A program made the position numbers and the translations under genes. From the sequence record MT446391.1: DNA of 45,377 bases; one strand, 5' to 3'. Under the pieces are notes generated by a model, which worked only from the letters and a program-made list of their open reading frames with translations, searched no databases and was not told the origin of the DNA. The first letter of the stretch is position 1, and each line of letters begins with the position of its first letter. The stretch is from Escherichia virus TH13. Below are positions 8,957-17,297 of this stretch, piece after piece.

Positions 8957-9550
8957 GTGGCTGAAGTCTACTCATTCGCCGCCACTATTGCTACGTGGGT
9001 GGATAAGACGAAGGAGAACAACGACAAGGCGGTGCGGGCGTACGGTATGCAAATACTCGGACGCCTTATTGAGATCTCCCCGGTGGGCGACCCCCGCCGG
9101 TGGAAAATTAACAAGGCTTACGCGCTTGCACGCGAACACGCGAACAAGGTGAACGCCGCACAGCGCCGCAAGAACGGCGGCAAACTGAAGCGCGGGCAGA
9201 AGAAGCACGCCAGTGTGCTCATCTCATTCAAAACTAAAAACGGCAACGTCACGTTCCGCCAGCGTGGCTGGGCCGCGAAGAATTACACCGGTGGGCGCTT
9301 CCGGGGAAACTGGCAGGTTACGTTCGACCGCCCGGCTGTCGGCGCTATCGACCGCGTGGACAAGGCCGGAACGGCAACATTAGCCGCGGGGCGTGAAGTG
9401 CTGGCGCATTACGATTCCGGGGAATACGGGTCGATCTGGTTTACTAACAATGTGCCGTATGCGCAGCGACTTGAGTATGGCTGGAGTAAACAAGCGCCTG
9501 CGGGTATTGTTCGCGTCGTAGCGGCAGAAATTAATTCGAAGGTGAAATAA
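8957..9550 (+). CDS. hypothetical head-tail / tail completion region protein
   Basis: 197 aa, GTG start with RBS aagggg; position between capsid and major tail genes. Confidence 0.5.
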   Translation: MAEVYSFAATIATWVDKTKENNDKAVRAYGMQILGRLIEISPVGDPRRWKINKAYALAREHANKVNAAQRRKNGGKLKRGQKKHASVLISFKTKNGNVTFRQRGWAAKNYTGGRFRGNWQVTFDRPAVGAIDRVDKAGTATLAAGREVLAHYDSGEYGSIWFTNNVPYAQRLEYGWSKQAPAGIVRVVAAEINSKVK

Positions 9551-9972
9551 TGAGCAATACTCTAATCCGCAAGGCGCTTAACAGCGTAGTAGAAGAATTA
9601 TCGGTTAGCCTGAGCACTAGCACGCGCCCGATAAAGGTTAACTGGGAGAACGTGAGTGGCGACCACGCAAACGGCAGCGGTGTCTACCTGGAACCATATC
9701 TGCTTCCGGCCCCTACCCAATTTGTGGGCTTCCAGCAGAAGGGCCGGATCTATGCAGGCGTGTATCAGATTGCCGTGGTATTTCCTGCGGGCACGGGCAC
9801 ACAGTATGCGAGCGAACTGGCTGACGCCATCGCGACGTCTGACAAGTGGCAGGCCGTAAGGCTTACCGGTGCTGCATTCCAGCTTCAAGACGCGCCATAC
9901 ACCAGTTCGGTGATTGAGGATGTTGATCGCGCCCGCATCGTGGTTACAGTGCCCTATTCCTGTTGTGCCTGA
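9550..9972 (+). CDS. putative tail terminator / tail completion protein
   Basis: 140 aa, translationally coupled (ATAATG) to preceding gene; immediately upstream of major tail protein. Confidence 0.45.
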   Translation: MSNTLIRKALNSVVEELSVSLSTSTRPIKVNWENVSGDHANGSGVYLEPYLLPAPTQFVGFQQKGRIYAGVYQIAVVFPAGTGTQYASELADAIATSDKWQAVRLTGAAFQLQDAPYTSSVIEDVDRARIVVTVPYSCCA

Positions 9973-10033
9973 TTTGGCGCAATTCTGCGCGTGCTGTATC
10001 ATTAAACCGTATATCTAAACAGGAGCGTTCATT

Positions 10034-10759
10034 ATGGGTTATCAACTTCCTAACGGGTCCAGCGTCCAGATTGGGTCCGTACTGGGCAGCGGCATCGCTG
10101 TTACGGCAGCTACCAACGCCGCCGCATCAATCTCTGACCTTACGCAAGGTTGCGTAATTACCTGCGCGGCTTCGCATGGTCTGGTTGTTGGCGACGTTGT
10201 TATGTTCACTAAAACCCCGTGGGTCCGAGCGCTTAATCGCGCATTCATCGTGGGTAAAGTAGCCGAGAACGACGTGACGCTGGCGCGCTTCGACTCCTCT
10301 GACGTCACAAAATACCCGACCGGCGCTTTCAACGCAGGCACTCCGGGCGAAGTGGTGAAGGTGTCGAGCTTTATCGACTTCCCTTTCATTACTAACGTTG
10401 CCGTGTCGGGTGGCGACCAGCAGACTACTACCTTCCAGCCGTTGCAGGTGAACACCGCAATCAGTCTTAACACCACGAAAAACCCGTTGGTACAGACTTA
10501 CACCTTCACCCACGACGAAGAAGACCCGATCCGCCCAATCCTGGAAGACCTGGACGACACACAGAAAACCACTGTGATTAAGTTCACTAACCCAGCGGCA
10601 GCAAGCGGCAAAGGTGAGATCCGTATCTACCCGGCAAAGGTATCTTTCCAGAAGATTCCTTCCGCTGAAGTAAACAACGTGGAAACTGTACAGTCCACTC
10701 TGACCATGCAGTCTGATATGGTTATCTACCGTAAGGATCTGGTCGAGGCGTTGTCTTGA
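10034..10759 (+). CDS. major tail protein (putative)
   Basis: 241 aa, strong RBS aggag, followed by strong terminator and then the G/GT chaperone and tape measure genes. Confidence 0.6.
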   Translation: MGYQLPNGSSVQIGSVLGSGIAVTAATNAAASISDLTQGCVITCAASHGLVVGDVVMFTKTPWVRALNRAFIVGKVAENDVTLARFDSSDVTKYPTGAFNAGTPGEVVKVSSFIDFPFITNVAVSGGDQQTTTFQPLQVNTAISLNTTKNPLVQTYTFTHDEEDPIRPILEDLDDTQKTTVIKFTNPAAASGKGEIRIYPAKVSFQKIPSAEVNNVETVQSTLTMQSDMVIYRKDLVEALS

Positions 10760-10789
10760 TTTGGTCGCTTAAATAGCGAGTGTTAATAT

Positions 10790-10815
10790 GGGGCCAGCAC
10801 GGCCCCTTTTTTTTT
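10790..10815 (+). terminator. rho-independent terminator after major tail gene
   Basis: ggggcc-agcac-ggcccc hairpin followed by T9. Confidence 0.65.
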
Positions 10816-10831
10816 ATTGGAGAATACTACA

Positions 10832-11194
10832 ATGGCTAAAGCACCACTCTTCACACTTGACCCAAAGCCGACCTTTAAGCTGCCGATTGAGATCCCGCGC
10901 CCTGGTGAGAACGAACCCGGCAAAATGACGTTTACCGTACGCCACCGCCCGATCGACGAATTTTCGCAGACCATGCAGGACACTGAACGCAAGCTGTCGG
11001 AATATGACGACAATGATCCGGACGGCTTTAATGTTATGGTTGAGGCCATCATGCACGTCGCCGAAGGCTGGAATCTGCCGGACGAATTTAACGCGGAGAA
11101 CGTCCGCCGCCTGGTGGTCAACTATCCACGCGCGTTCGGTGTGTTCCACACGTCGTACTATCTCGAACTGATGGGGTTGCGTGAAAAAAACTAA
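10832..11194 (+). CDS. tail assembly chaperone (gpG-like)
   Basis: 120 aa from ATG with RBS ggag; immediately upstream of tape measure region; ends ...GLREKN with slippery A_AAA_AAC heptamer before the stop. Confidence 0.65.
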   Translation: MAKAPLFTLDPKPTFKLPIEIPRPGENEPGKMTFTVRHRPIDEFSQTMQDTERKLSEYDDNDPDGFNVMVEAIMHVAEGWNLPDEFNAENVRRLVVNYPRAFGVFHTSYYLELMGLREKN

Positions 11195-11508
11195 TTGAGG
11201 CGGCGCGACGCTTTTATGGTCCGCCGCCACCCTCCGAAGATTTAGCCGCAAGTTTATGGGGTGCGGCCCCCGAAGATGTTTGTCCGCCTGTTGCGCTATG
11301 GCCCGACAACGCGAAGATAGTCGCAGTCTTCACAGATTGCGCCACGCAATGGCGCACCGGATTTGGTGGCGCATACGGCATCGACTACGGCGTGCTGGAG
11401 TGGTTATTTAAGATGCACGGTATCGAAAACGAGCAGCGCGCGTTTAAAGATATCAAGCTAATGGAACGAATCGCGCTTGATGAGATGGCGCAGCAGAACC
11501 CCGCATAA
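10832..11508 (+). CDS. tail assembly chaperone frameshift fusion (gpGT-like) via -1 shift at 11185..11191
   Basis: -1 frame after the slippery site reads LIEAARRFYGPPPPSEDLAASLWGAAPEDVCPPVALWPDNAKIVAVFTDCATQWRTGFGGAYGIDYGVLEWLFKMHGIENEQRAFKDIKLMERIALDEMAQQNPA, stop at 11506..11508; no ATG-initiated ORF covers this coding-looking stretch. Confidence 0.5.
11185..11191 (+). other. -1 programmed ribosomal frameshift slippery heptamer A_AAA_AAC
   Basis: heptamer in X_XXY_YYZ register at the last two codons of the G-like ORF; the -1 frame is open for 105 further codons. Confidence 0.55.
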
Positions 11509-11819
11509 TGCAGCGGGACGTCCCGTTTTGTCCCGCCTCTGTAAAACTGCATACCTACTCACACCCACTGCATAAACCAAAAACGGGACAAACGGGACGT
11601 CCCGATCTGTCCCGCCATGTAAATGTGCATACCTATTCAGATTTCGTGCATAAAGTAAGCGGGACAAAAAGCGGGACAAACAAGGAGCGGGACAAAGCGG
11701 GACAGCACCCCGTCCCCGCCAGTGCTGCCGCGGGTTGCGGCCGATCGGGACAAGCGGGACAAACCCCAGTCTTTCAGACTAGACGGGGGTCAATGGCCCC
11801 CCTCGTCTGAGACTGAATA
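11509..11819. repeat. GGGACA-iteron element copy 1 (shared ~175-bp core about 11647..11819 plus extra upstream GGGAC(G) repeats)
   Basis: multiple GCGGGACA(A) direct repeats, two CGGGACGTCCCG palindromes, terminal hairpin cagactagacggggg..cccccctcgtctgagactg; near-identical core recurs at 40388..40562. Confidence 0.7.
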
Positions 11820-11883
11820 AGGTTTGTTTTAAATTCGCTGATACAATGTCAATCGGCAACTGCATAAAAAAGGGGACTGCATA

Positions 11884-14526
11884 ATGGCAGATCAAGCGGC
11901 AGGCATCACGCTGAAGGCTGATGTTGCACAAATCAGAACGGCAAATACTGTGCTGGACTCCTTCGCACAGAAATCCGAGAACACAGAAAACAAGGTTAAG
12001 AAATTAAACGACACCCTCGGCAAATCCAAAAAGGTCACTGGCGACGCCGCTGGTGGAATGGAGAAGCTGGCGAACGAATCGCAGCGCGCCGCCGACGGCA
12101 TGACGAAACAGGAGAGACTTGCCAACAGGTTAGGCATGTCGACCAAAAACCTGGGCTTTGCCTCGCGTAACGCCGCATTCCAGTTACAGGATATCGCAGT
12201 TACGCTTGAGATGGGTATGCCTGTTCACCGCGTCATGCTTCAGCAGTTACCGCAGCTAACTGGGGCGTTCGGCGGTCTTGGTAACACGCTGCGTTTTGTT
12301 GCGGGCTTCCTCGGTCCGGTAGGGATCGGCATTGCAGCACTAACGGCAACGTTAGGCGTAGGAGTGGCGGTTACGTCCCGTGCCGAAAACCAGGTCGCAG
12401 CGCTTAACAAGACGCTGGCGCTGTCCGGTAACATTTCCGGCCTCACTGCAAACCAGATCCTTGTGCTATCCGAGAACGCCGAGCGCATGGGCGGGTCATT
12501 CCGCAAGACGCGTGACACAATCCAGGCGTTGGCGGCGGCGGGTGTGAAAGCGGGTGCGGACTTCGGCACGCTGGCGAAAGTGGTGAATGACTTTGCGAAG
12601 GTGTCCAGCCAGCCGGTCGAGGATGTGGTCGCGGCGGTGGCGAAGCTGTCTACAGACCCGGTAGGCGGCTTGCGAGCATTGGCTGATAAGTATCACGTCG
12701 TAAACGAAGCGCAGATCCAGCAGGTGCAGTCGCTTGTGGATATGGGTCGCGAAACCGAAGCGGTGGCGCTGGCTAACAAAACAGCCGCAGCGTCGTTTAC
12801 CACTATGACCAACGATATTAAGTCCAACATGGGTACGCTTGAGCGTTCGATGAACGTCGTCACATCGGCAGCTAAATCAATGTGGGATGCCATCCTGGAT
12901 GTTGGACGCGCGCAGTCCTCTAATGAGTCTGAGATGAAAGCGCGTGAATCATTGCAGAGGCTGACCACGGCTTACTATGCCGAGATGAAAGCGGTAAACG
13001 CTGCCGGTGGGGTGATGACCGAAGCGCAGAAAGCGCGTATTAACATGCTTTACAGCGAACTGGTAGCCCAGGAGAAGGTGGTGGCATCGCTCACCCTGCG
13101 CAACCGTGCCGAGCGAGACAACGCAAATGCCGCGGACGAAGCAGCAAAGGCGAACGAAGAGGCAAACCGCACCGCCCGCGACCGCGCTGCGTTTGAGAAG
13201 GAGTACGCAACCAACGCGAAGCGGCGAGCCGACGAGATCGCCCGCCTCAATTTGCTGAATAAGCGCGGTGTTATTAACGAGAAAGAGCTTGCCGAGGCGG
13301 TGAAGCAGGTAAACGAGCGTTACAAAGACCCCGCCCCGAAGAAGGCCGCCGCTGTTCGAGTCGATGCCGGGCTGAAAATGCTGGAAGTCGCGCGAAGCGA
13401 ATTAGCCCAGCTTCGTGAGTCTGGAAAGCAGATCGAAGCCAACTATTCGACGCAGACCCGCACGCAACGCGCGCAAGCGGCCCTTAACAAGCTGATTGCC
13501 GACAACGAGCAGTTAATCGCTGCGAGCAAAGAAAGGGCGCTGACGGCAGCAGAGAAGCAGCAAATGGCGGGATTCGAGGCGGTTAAATCTGTACGCGAGC
13601 AGATCGTCGAAGAAGCCAAATTGCTGGACGCGAAAGAGAAGCAGGTCAAGGCGCACGCGCAGATCGACGCCTTCGTTAAGAACCAGAACGCCGAGCTAAA
13701 AGCCACCGCGGCGGGCTATGCGCTTTCCACTCGCGAAGCGGCTAACCTGCGCGAAGAATTGCAGCTAATTGACCGCCTTAAGCGGGTGGGCGCTAGTGAT
13801 ACCGATATTGATCTGGCGGTGTCTAAGCTGCGCGAAGTGCAGGAAGCACAGACCGGTGCTAACGCCTCGCTATGGGATGGATTAAGCCGCGGGCTTAAGG
13901 ATAGCGTTGATGAAATGGGTAACGGCTATACGCAGATGGCGTCACTAACAAAATTCACGTTCGGCGCTATGCAGGACACGATGAACGAGTTTTTCGAGAC
14001 TGGCAAGCTGAACGCAAAGGATATGGTTAAGTCCATCCTGAGCGAATTAATCAAGCTGGCTACATCGCAGGCGTTCAAGTCCATCGTTAGCGCTTTCGGT
14101 GGCGACGGCGGCAAAAACGGATTGTTCGGTGCTATCTTCTCCGGCCTGACTAAGAATGCGGACGGCGGAGCGTACGCAGGGGGCAATCTCGCGGCCTATT
14201 CGGGGCAAGTGGTAAGCCAGCCTACCTTTTTCAGTTACGGCGTCCAGGCGTTCGCTAAGGGTGCTGGATTGATGGGGGAGGCTGGACCCGAGGCCATCAT
14301 GCCGCTGAAGCGCGGGCCAGACGGGAAACTTGGCGTTGCCGCTGCCGGTGTAGGCGGGGGGATGATTGTAACGACCAACGTTAACATGGGGACCGGTAAG
14401 ACGGATACCAGTGTTAGCGGACCAGACCCGCGCACCGCGCAGGCGTTCGGAAAGCAAATCACCGAGTCGGTCAAGGCCGAGATCGTGAAGGCGACGAAAC
14501 CGGGTGGTGTACTTTACAAACGATGA
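11884..14526 (+). CDS. tail tape measure protein
   Basis: 880 aa, largely alpha-helical/coiled-coil with Gly-rich C-terminal part; follows G/GT chaperone. Confidence 0.85.
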   Translation: MADQAAGITLKADVAQIRTANTVLDSFAQKSENTENKVKKLNDTLGKSKKVTGDAAGGMEKLANESQRAADGMTKQERLANRLGMSTKNLGFASRNAAFQLQDIAVTLEMGMPVHRVMLQQLPQLTGAFGGLGNTLRFVAGFLGPVGIGIAALTATLGVGVAVTSRAENQVAALNKTLALSGNISGLTANQILVLSENAERMGGSFRKTRDTIQALAAAGVKAGADFGTLAKVVNDFAKVSSQPVEDVVAAVAKLSTDPVGGLRALADKYHVVNEAQIQQVQSLVDMGRETEAVALANKTAAASFTTMTNDIKSNMGTLERSMNVVTSAAKSMWDAILDVGRAQSSNESEMKARESLQRLTTAYYAEMKAVNAAGGVMTEAQKARINMLYSELVAQEKVVASLTLRNRAERDNANAADEAAKANEEANRTARDRAAFEKEYATNAKRRADEIARLNLLNKRGVINEKELAEAVKQVNERYKDPAPKKAAAVRVDAGLKMLEVARSELAQLRESGKQIEANYSTQTRTQRAQAALNKLIADNEQLIAASKERALTAAEKQQMAGFEAVKSVREQIVEEAKLLDAKEKQVKAHAQIDAFVKNQNAELKATAAGYALSTREAANLREELQLIDRLKRVGASDTDIDLAVSKLREVQEAQTGANASLWDGLSRGLKDSVDEMGNGYTQMASLTKFTFGAMQDTMNEFFETGKLNAKDMVKSILSELIKLATSQAFKSIVSAFGGDGGKNGLFGAIFSGLTKNADGGAYAGGNLAAYSGQVVSQPTFFSYGVQAFAKGAGLMGEAGPEAIMPLKRGPDGKLGVAAAGVGGGMIVTTNVNMGTGKTDTSVSGPDPRTAQAFGKQITESVKAEIVKATKPGGVLYKR

Positions 14527-14561
14527 TAAAATGGCCCTCACTACAACGTGGGGGCTTTTTT

Positions 14562-15161
14562 ATGTCACAAGGTACAATCACACTAACGAACGGAAGTAAG
14601 ACCGTCACGGGCGCGGGGACGGCGTTCCTGAGCGAGATTGGGAAGGTCCGCGTATTTGCTCGCATCGACGGCAACGACTACACCGGCAAAATTGCAGCAT
14701 TCAACTCTAACACCGTCATCACCCTGGCGGATAACTGGGCAGGTCCGACAAAAGCCGGTGTGGCTTATGAGCTAATCGAAGCGCACGACCCGCGATCAAA
14801 CGAATGGCCATATTACTGGCACATGCAATTGCAGGGCGGCGGCGACGTGCAGTTAGCTTTCCGATCCGAGGAATTGCAATTCGGTAATGGTTACGGGCAG
14901 AACATCGCGGACGGCCCGAACGCCGAGACGAAACAATTTCCCGTGCAATTCATCGGACTGACTACTGACAAGTGGTGCGACCCTAAACTGGTTTACAACT
15001 TTCTTCGCGGTCACTTCGTCAAGCCGTTTGTTGTCACCGCGCCGGATGGCGAAACAGGTTTATTCGTGGTCGAGCGTTCGAGCTTGTCGTACACTGACAA
15101 CGGACACAACACGGCAACGGTATCCGCCACCCTTAAGACAGCTATTGGATTCGTAAGATGA
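14562..15161 (+). CDS. distal/minor tail protein (gpM-like C-terminal domain with N-terminal fiber-like domain)
   Basis: 199 aa from ATG 14562 (track ORF from 14523); C-terminal half resembles lambda gpM-type minor tail protein; N-terminus MSQGTITLTNGSKTVTGAGTAF resembles N-terminus of tail fiber at 22009. Confidence 0.55.
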   Translation: MSQGTITLTNGSKTVTGAGTAFLSEIGKVRVFARIDGNDYTGKIAAFNSNTVITLADNWAGPTKAGVAYELIEAHDPRSNEWPYYWHMQLQGGGDVQLAFRSEELQFGNGYGQNIADGPNAETKQFPVQFIGLTTDKWCDPKLVYNFLRGHFVKPFVVTAPDGETGLFVVERSSLSYTDNGHNTATVSATLKTAIGFVR

Positions 15162-15946
15162 ATAAACTATATCGCGAGGCGACGCGCTTTGACCCATCGG
15201 GCCGCGTTCGCCTGATTCACATTGACGCTCAGGACGTGGAGCCAGGCGATGGCGCGATCGGAGCGGGCCACCACTATTTTCACTACTGCTTTATTCCGCA
15301 CACTGCCGAAGATATTGCTGCCGCGGGTGGTGACGAGGACAAGCTAAAACCTAAATCCATCTTCTTCGGCGGGCAGGAGTTCGAATTTTGGCCCTTCGAT
15401 CTGTCCGGCCTTAACTTCTCCACATCAACGGCAGCAGAACCGCAGCTAACCATCGTTGATATTGGCGGCATAATCACCCGGCTGTCGCTGAATCACGACC
15501 AGCTACTGGGCGCGAAGGTTGAGATCATTGATACGTTCGCGAAGTTCCTGGATAACGGGTCGGATCCAGACCCGACGCAAAAACGTGTCCAGGAGTATTA
15601 CATCGACTCACAGGTAGGGCGCAATCCGGGCAAGCAGATCACCTTCGCGCTATCCTCCCCCGCGGATATGGAGGGGCAAGTAGTACCCCGCCGCCAGATC
15701 ATGAACATGTGCGAATGGGCGCTCAATGGGAAGTACGCCAGCGGTGACGGTTGCACATGGAACCTCGCACAGCCGGGCATCAAGTATTACGACGAGCGCG
15801 GAAACGAAGTCATCTCGATGACTATGGACCGATGCGGTGGATGCTTGTCGGACTGCTATCTTCGTTTTGGACAAGGTCTTGCGGACCCAAAAGCCGCAGT
15901 GTTGGACTTCGGCGGTTTTCCTGGGTCGAAATTGATTAAGGGGTAG
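15158..15946 (+). CDS. minor tail protein (gpL-like)
   Basis: 262 aa; synteny H-M-L-K-I-J; cysteine cluster near C-terminus (CGGCLSDC). Confidence 0.7.
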   Translation: MNKLYREATRFDPSGRVRLIHIDAQDVEPGDGAIGAGHHYFHYCFIPHTAEDIAAAGGDEDKLKPKSIFFGGQEFEFWPFDLSGLNFSTSTAAEPQLTIVDIGGIITRLSLNHDQLLGAKVEIIDTFAKFLDNGSDPDPTQKRVQEYYIDSQVGRNPGKQITFALSSPADMEGQVVPRRQIMNMCEWALNGKYASGDGCTWNLAQPGIKYYDERGNEVISMTMDRCGGCLSDCYLRFGQGLADPKAAVLDFGGFPGSKLIKG

Positions 15947-15948
15947 TC

Positions 15949-16689
15949 ATGTTGACGAAAAAGGTTAAAAGTGATATCGCCGCACACGTTGCGGCATGTC
16001 TGCCGGAAGAAGCCTGCGGGCTGGTCGTCATGGTGGGCCGTAAGCAAGTATTCATCCCGTGCCTGAACGTCTTCGAAGACCCGACCGGCGTGCGCTCACG
16101 CAGAGACGCATTCACGATTAGTGATATGGCCTGGATGGATGCCGAGGATATGGGCGACGTCGTGCGAGTAGTCCACTCGCATCCAGGCCAGCGAGAGCTT
16201 ACACCCTCACTTGGCGACGTTAACGGATGCAACGGCAGCGGCGTAGTCTGGACCATCACTAACGAATATGGCGACTTTATCGAGATCGACCCTGAAGACC
16301 CGCCGCTGGTAGGCCGCCGATTTGTTCTCGGAATTACAGATTGTTATGGCCTCGTCATGGACTGGCACAAAAAGCAGGGTGTAAACCTGCCAGACTTCCG
16401 CGTGCCGTATAACTGGTGGGAGACAGGCGAAAATCTGTATATGGATAATTGGTACGGTGCGGGCTTCAGGGAATGCGAGGAGAATACGCCGGGGGCAATG
16501 GTCATCATGCAGATTAGCGCGCCTGTGCCTAACCACGCTGGGATATTCCTTCCAGGCAACCAACTACTACACCATATCTACGGCAGCCTGTCGAGCGTGA
16601 TTCCCTTCCGGGCAGGATTTTTCCGCGACAATGTGGTTAAATGGGTACGTCATAAAGACCTACCAGGGAATATCACAGAATGGCAATGA
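15949..16689 (+). CDS. tail assembly protein (gpK-like, MPN/JAMM plus NlpC/P60-type)
   Basis: 246 aa; HSHPGQRELTPSLGD JAMM-like motif; synteny. Confidence 0.75.
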   Translation: MLTKKVKSDIAAHVAACLPEEACGLVVMVGRKQVFIPCLNVFEDPTGVRSRRDAFTISDMAWMDAEDMGDVVRVVHSHPGQRELTPSLGDVNGCNGSGVVWTITNEYGDFIEIDPEDPPLVGRRFVLGITDCYGLVMDWHKKQGVNLPDFRVPYNWWETGENLYMDNWYGAGFRECEENTPGAMVIMQISAPVPNHAGIFLPGNQLLHHIYGSLSSVIPFRAGFFRDNVVKWVRHKDLPGNITEWQ

Positions 16690-17297
16690 CCACGTTTAAA
16701 TTGTACGGCGTCTTAGGGCGTCGTTTTGGTAAAGTGCATAAGCTGGACTGCTTCACACCGGGAGAAGGCATCACCGGCCTGTGTGTGAAGTTGCCAGGGT
16801 TACAAGACTTTTTAATGTCGGCCCACCTGGACAATATGATGTTCAAGGTGCGCAAAGGCAACCACACGATGACCGGTTATGATGAGCTTGGCGAGTTCCA
16901 CGGCGACCGCGTCGTTACCATCGCGCCGGTTATGACGGGGGCAAAAAGCGGACTGGGCCAATTGCTGGCGGGTGTCGCGATTGTAGTGGCGTCGTTCTAT
17001 ACTGGCGGACTTGCTACTGCCGCTTTCGGGGCTTCGGCTGCAACCGCTGCCGCTATCGGTACGGCTACATTTTCGTTTGGCATGTCGCTTGCGCTGGGCG
17101 GTGCTATGCAATTGCTGTCGCCGCAGCCGAAAGGATTGCAGACCCGGCAGGACGTGGATAACAAAGCGTCGTATGCGTTCGGCGGCCCAGTAAACACGAC
17201 CGCGCAAGGTACGGCGCTTGGTGTATTATGGGGCGAGCGTGAGATCGGCGGCGCTATTATTTCAGCCGGAATCGTAACCGAGGATTTGAACGAATGA
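16680..17297 (+). CDS. tail assembly protein (gpI-like)
   Basis: 205 aa; N-terminal MAMTTFKLYGVLGRRFGK... typical of gpI-family; Gly/Ala-rich C-terminal region; synteny. Confidence 0.7.
   Translation: MAMTTFKLYGVLGRRFGKVHKLDCFTPGEGITGLCVKLPGLQDFLMSAHLDNMMFKVRKGNHTMTGYDELGEFHGDRVVTIAPVMTGAKSGLGQLLAGVAIVVASFYTGGLATAAFGASAATAAAIGTATFSFGMSLALGGAMQLLSPQPKGLQTRQDVDNKASYAFGGPVNTTAQGTALGVLWGEREIGGAIISAGIVTEDLNE

Noticed and set aside
11508-11810. ORF 11508..11810 (+) and similar ORF 40296..40616 (+) translating the GGGACA element
   Set aside because: Both are translations of iteron repeats (SGTKSGTNK...) with no RBS; conservation is explained by the repeat element itself. A small conserved peptide cannot be fully excluded.
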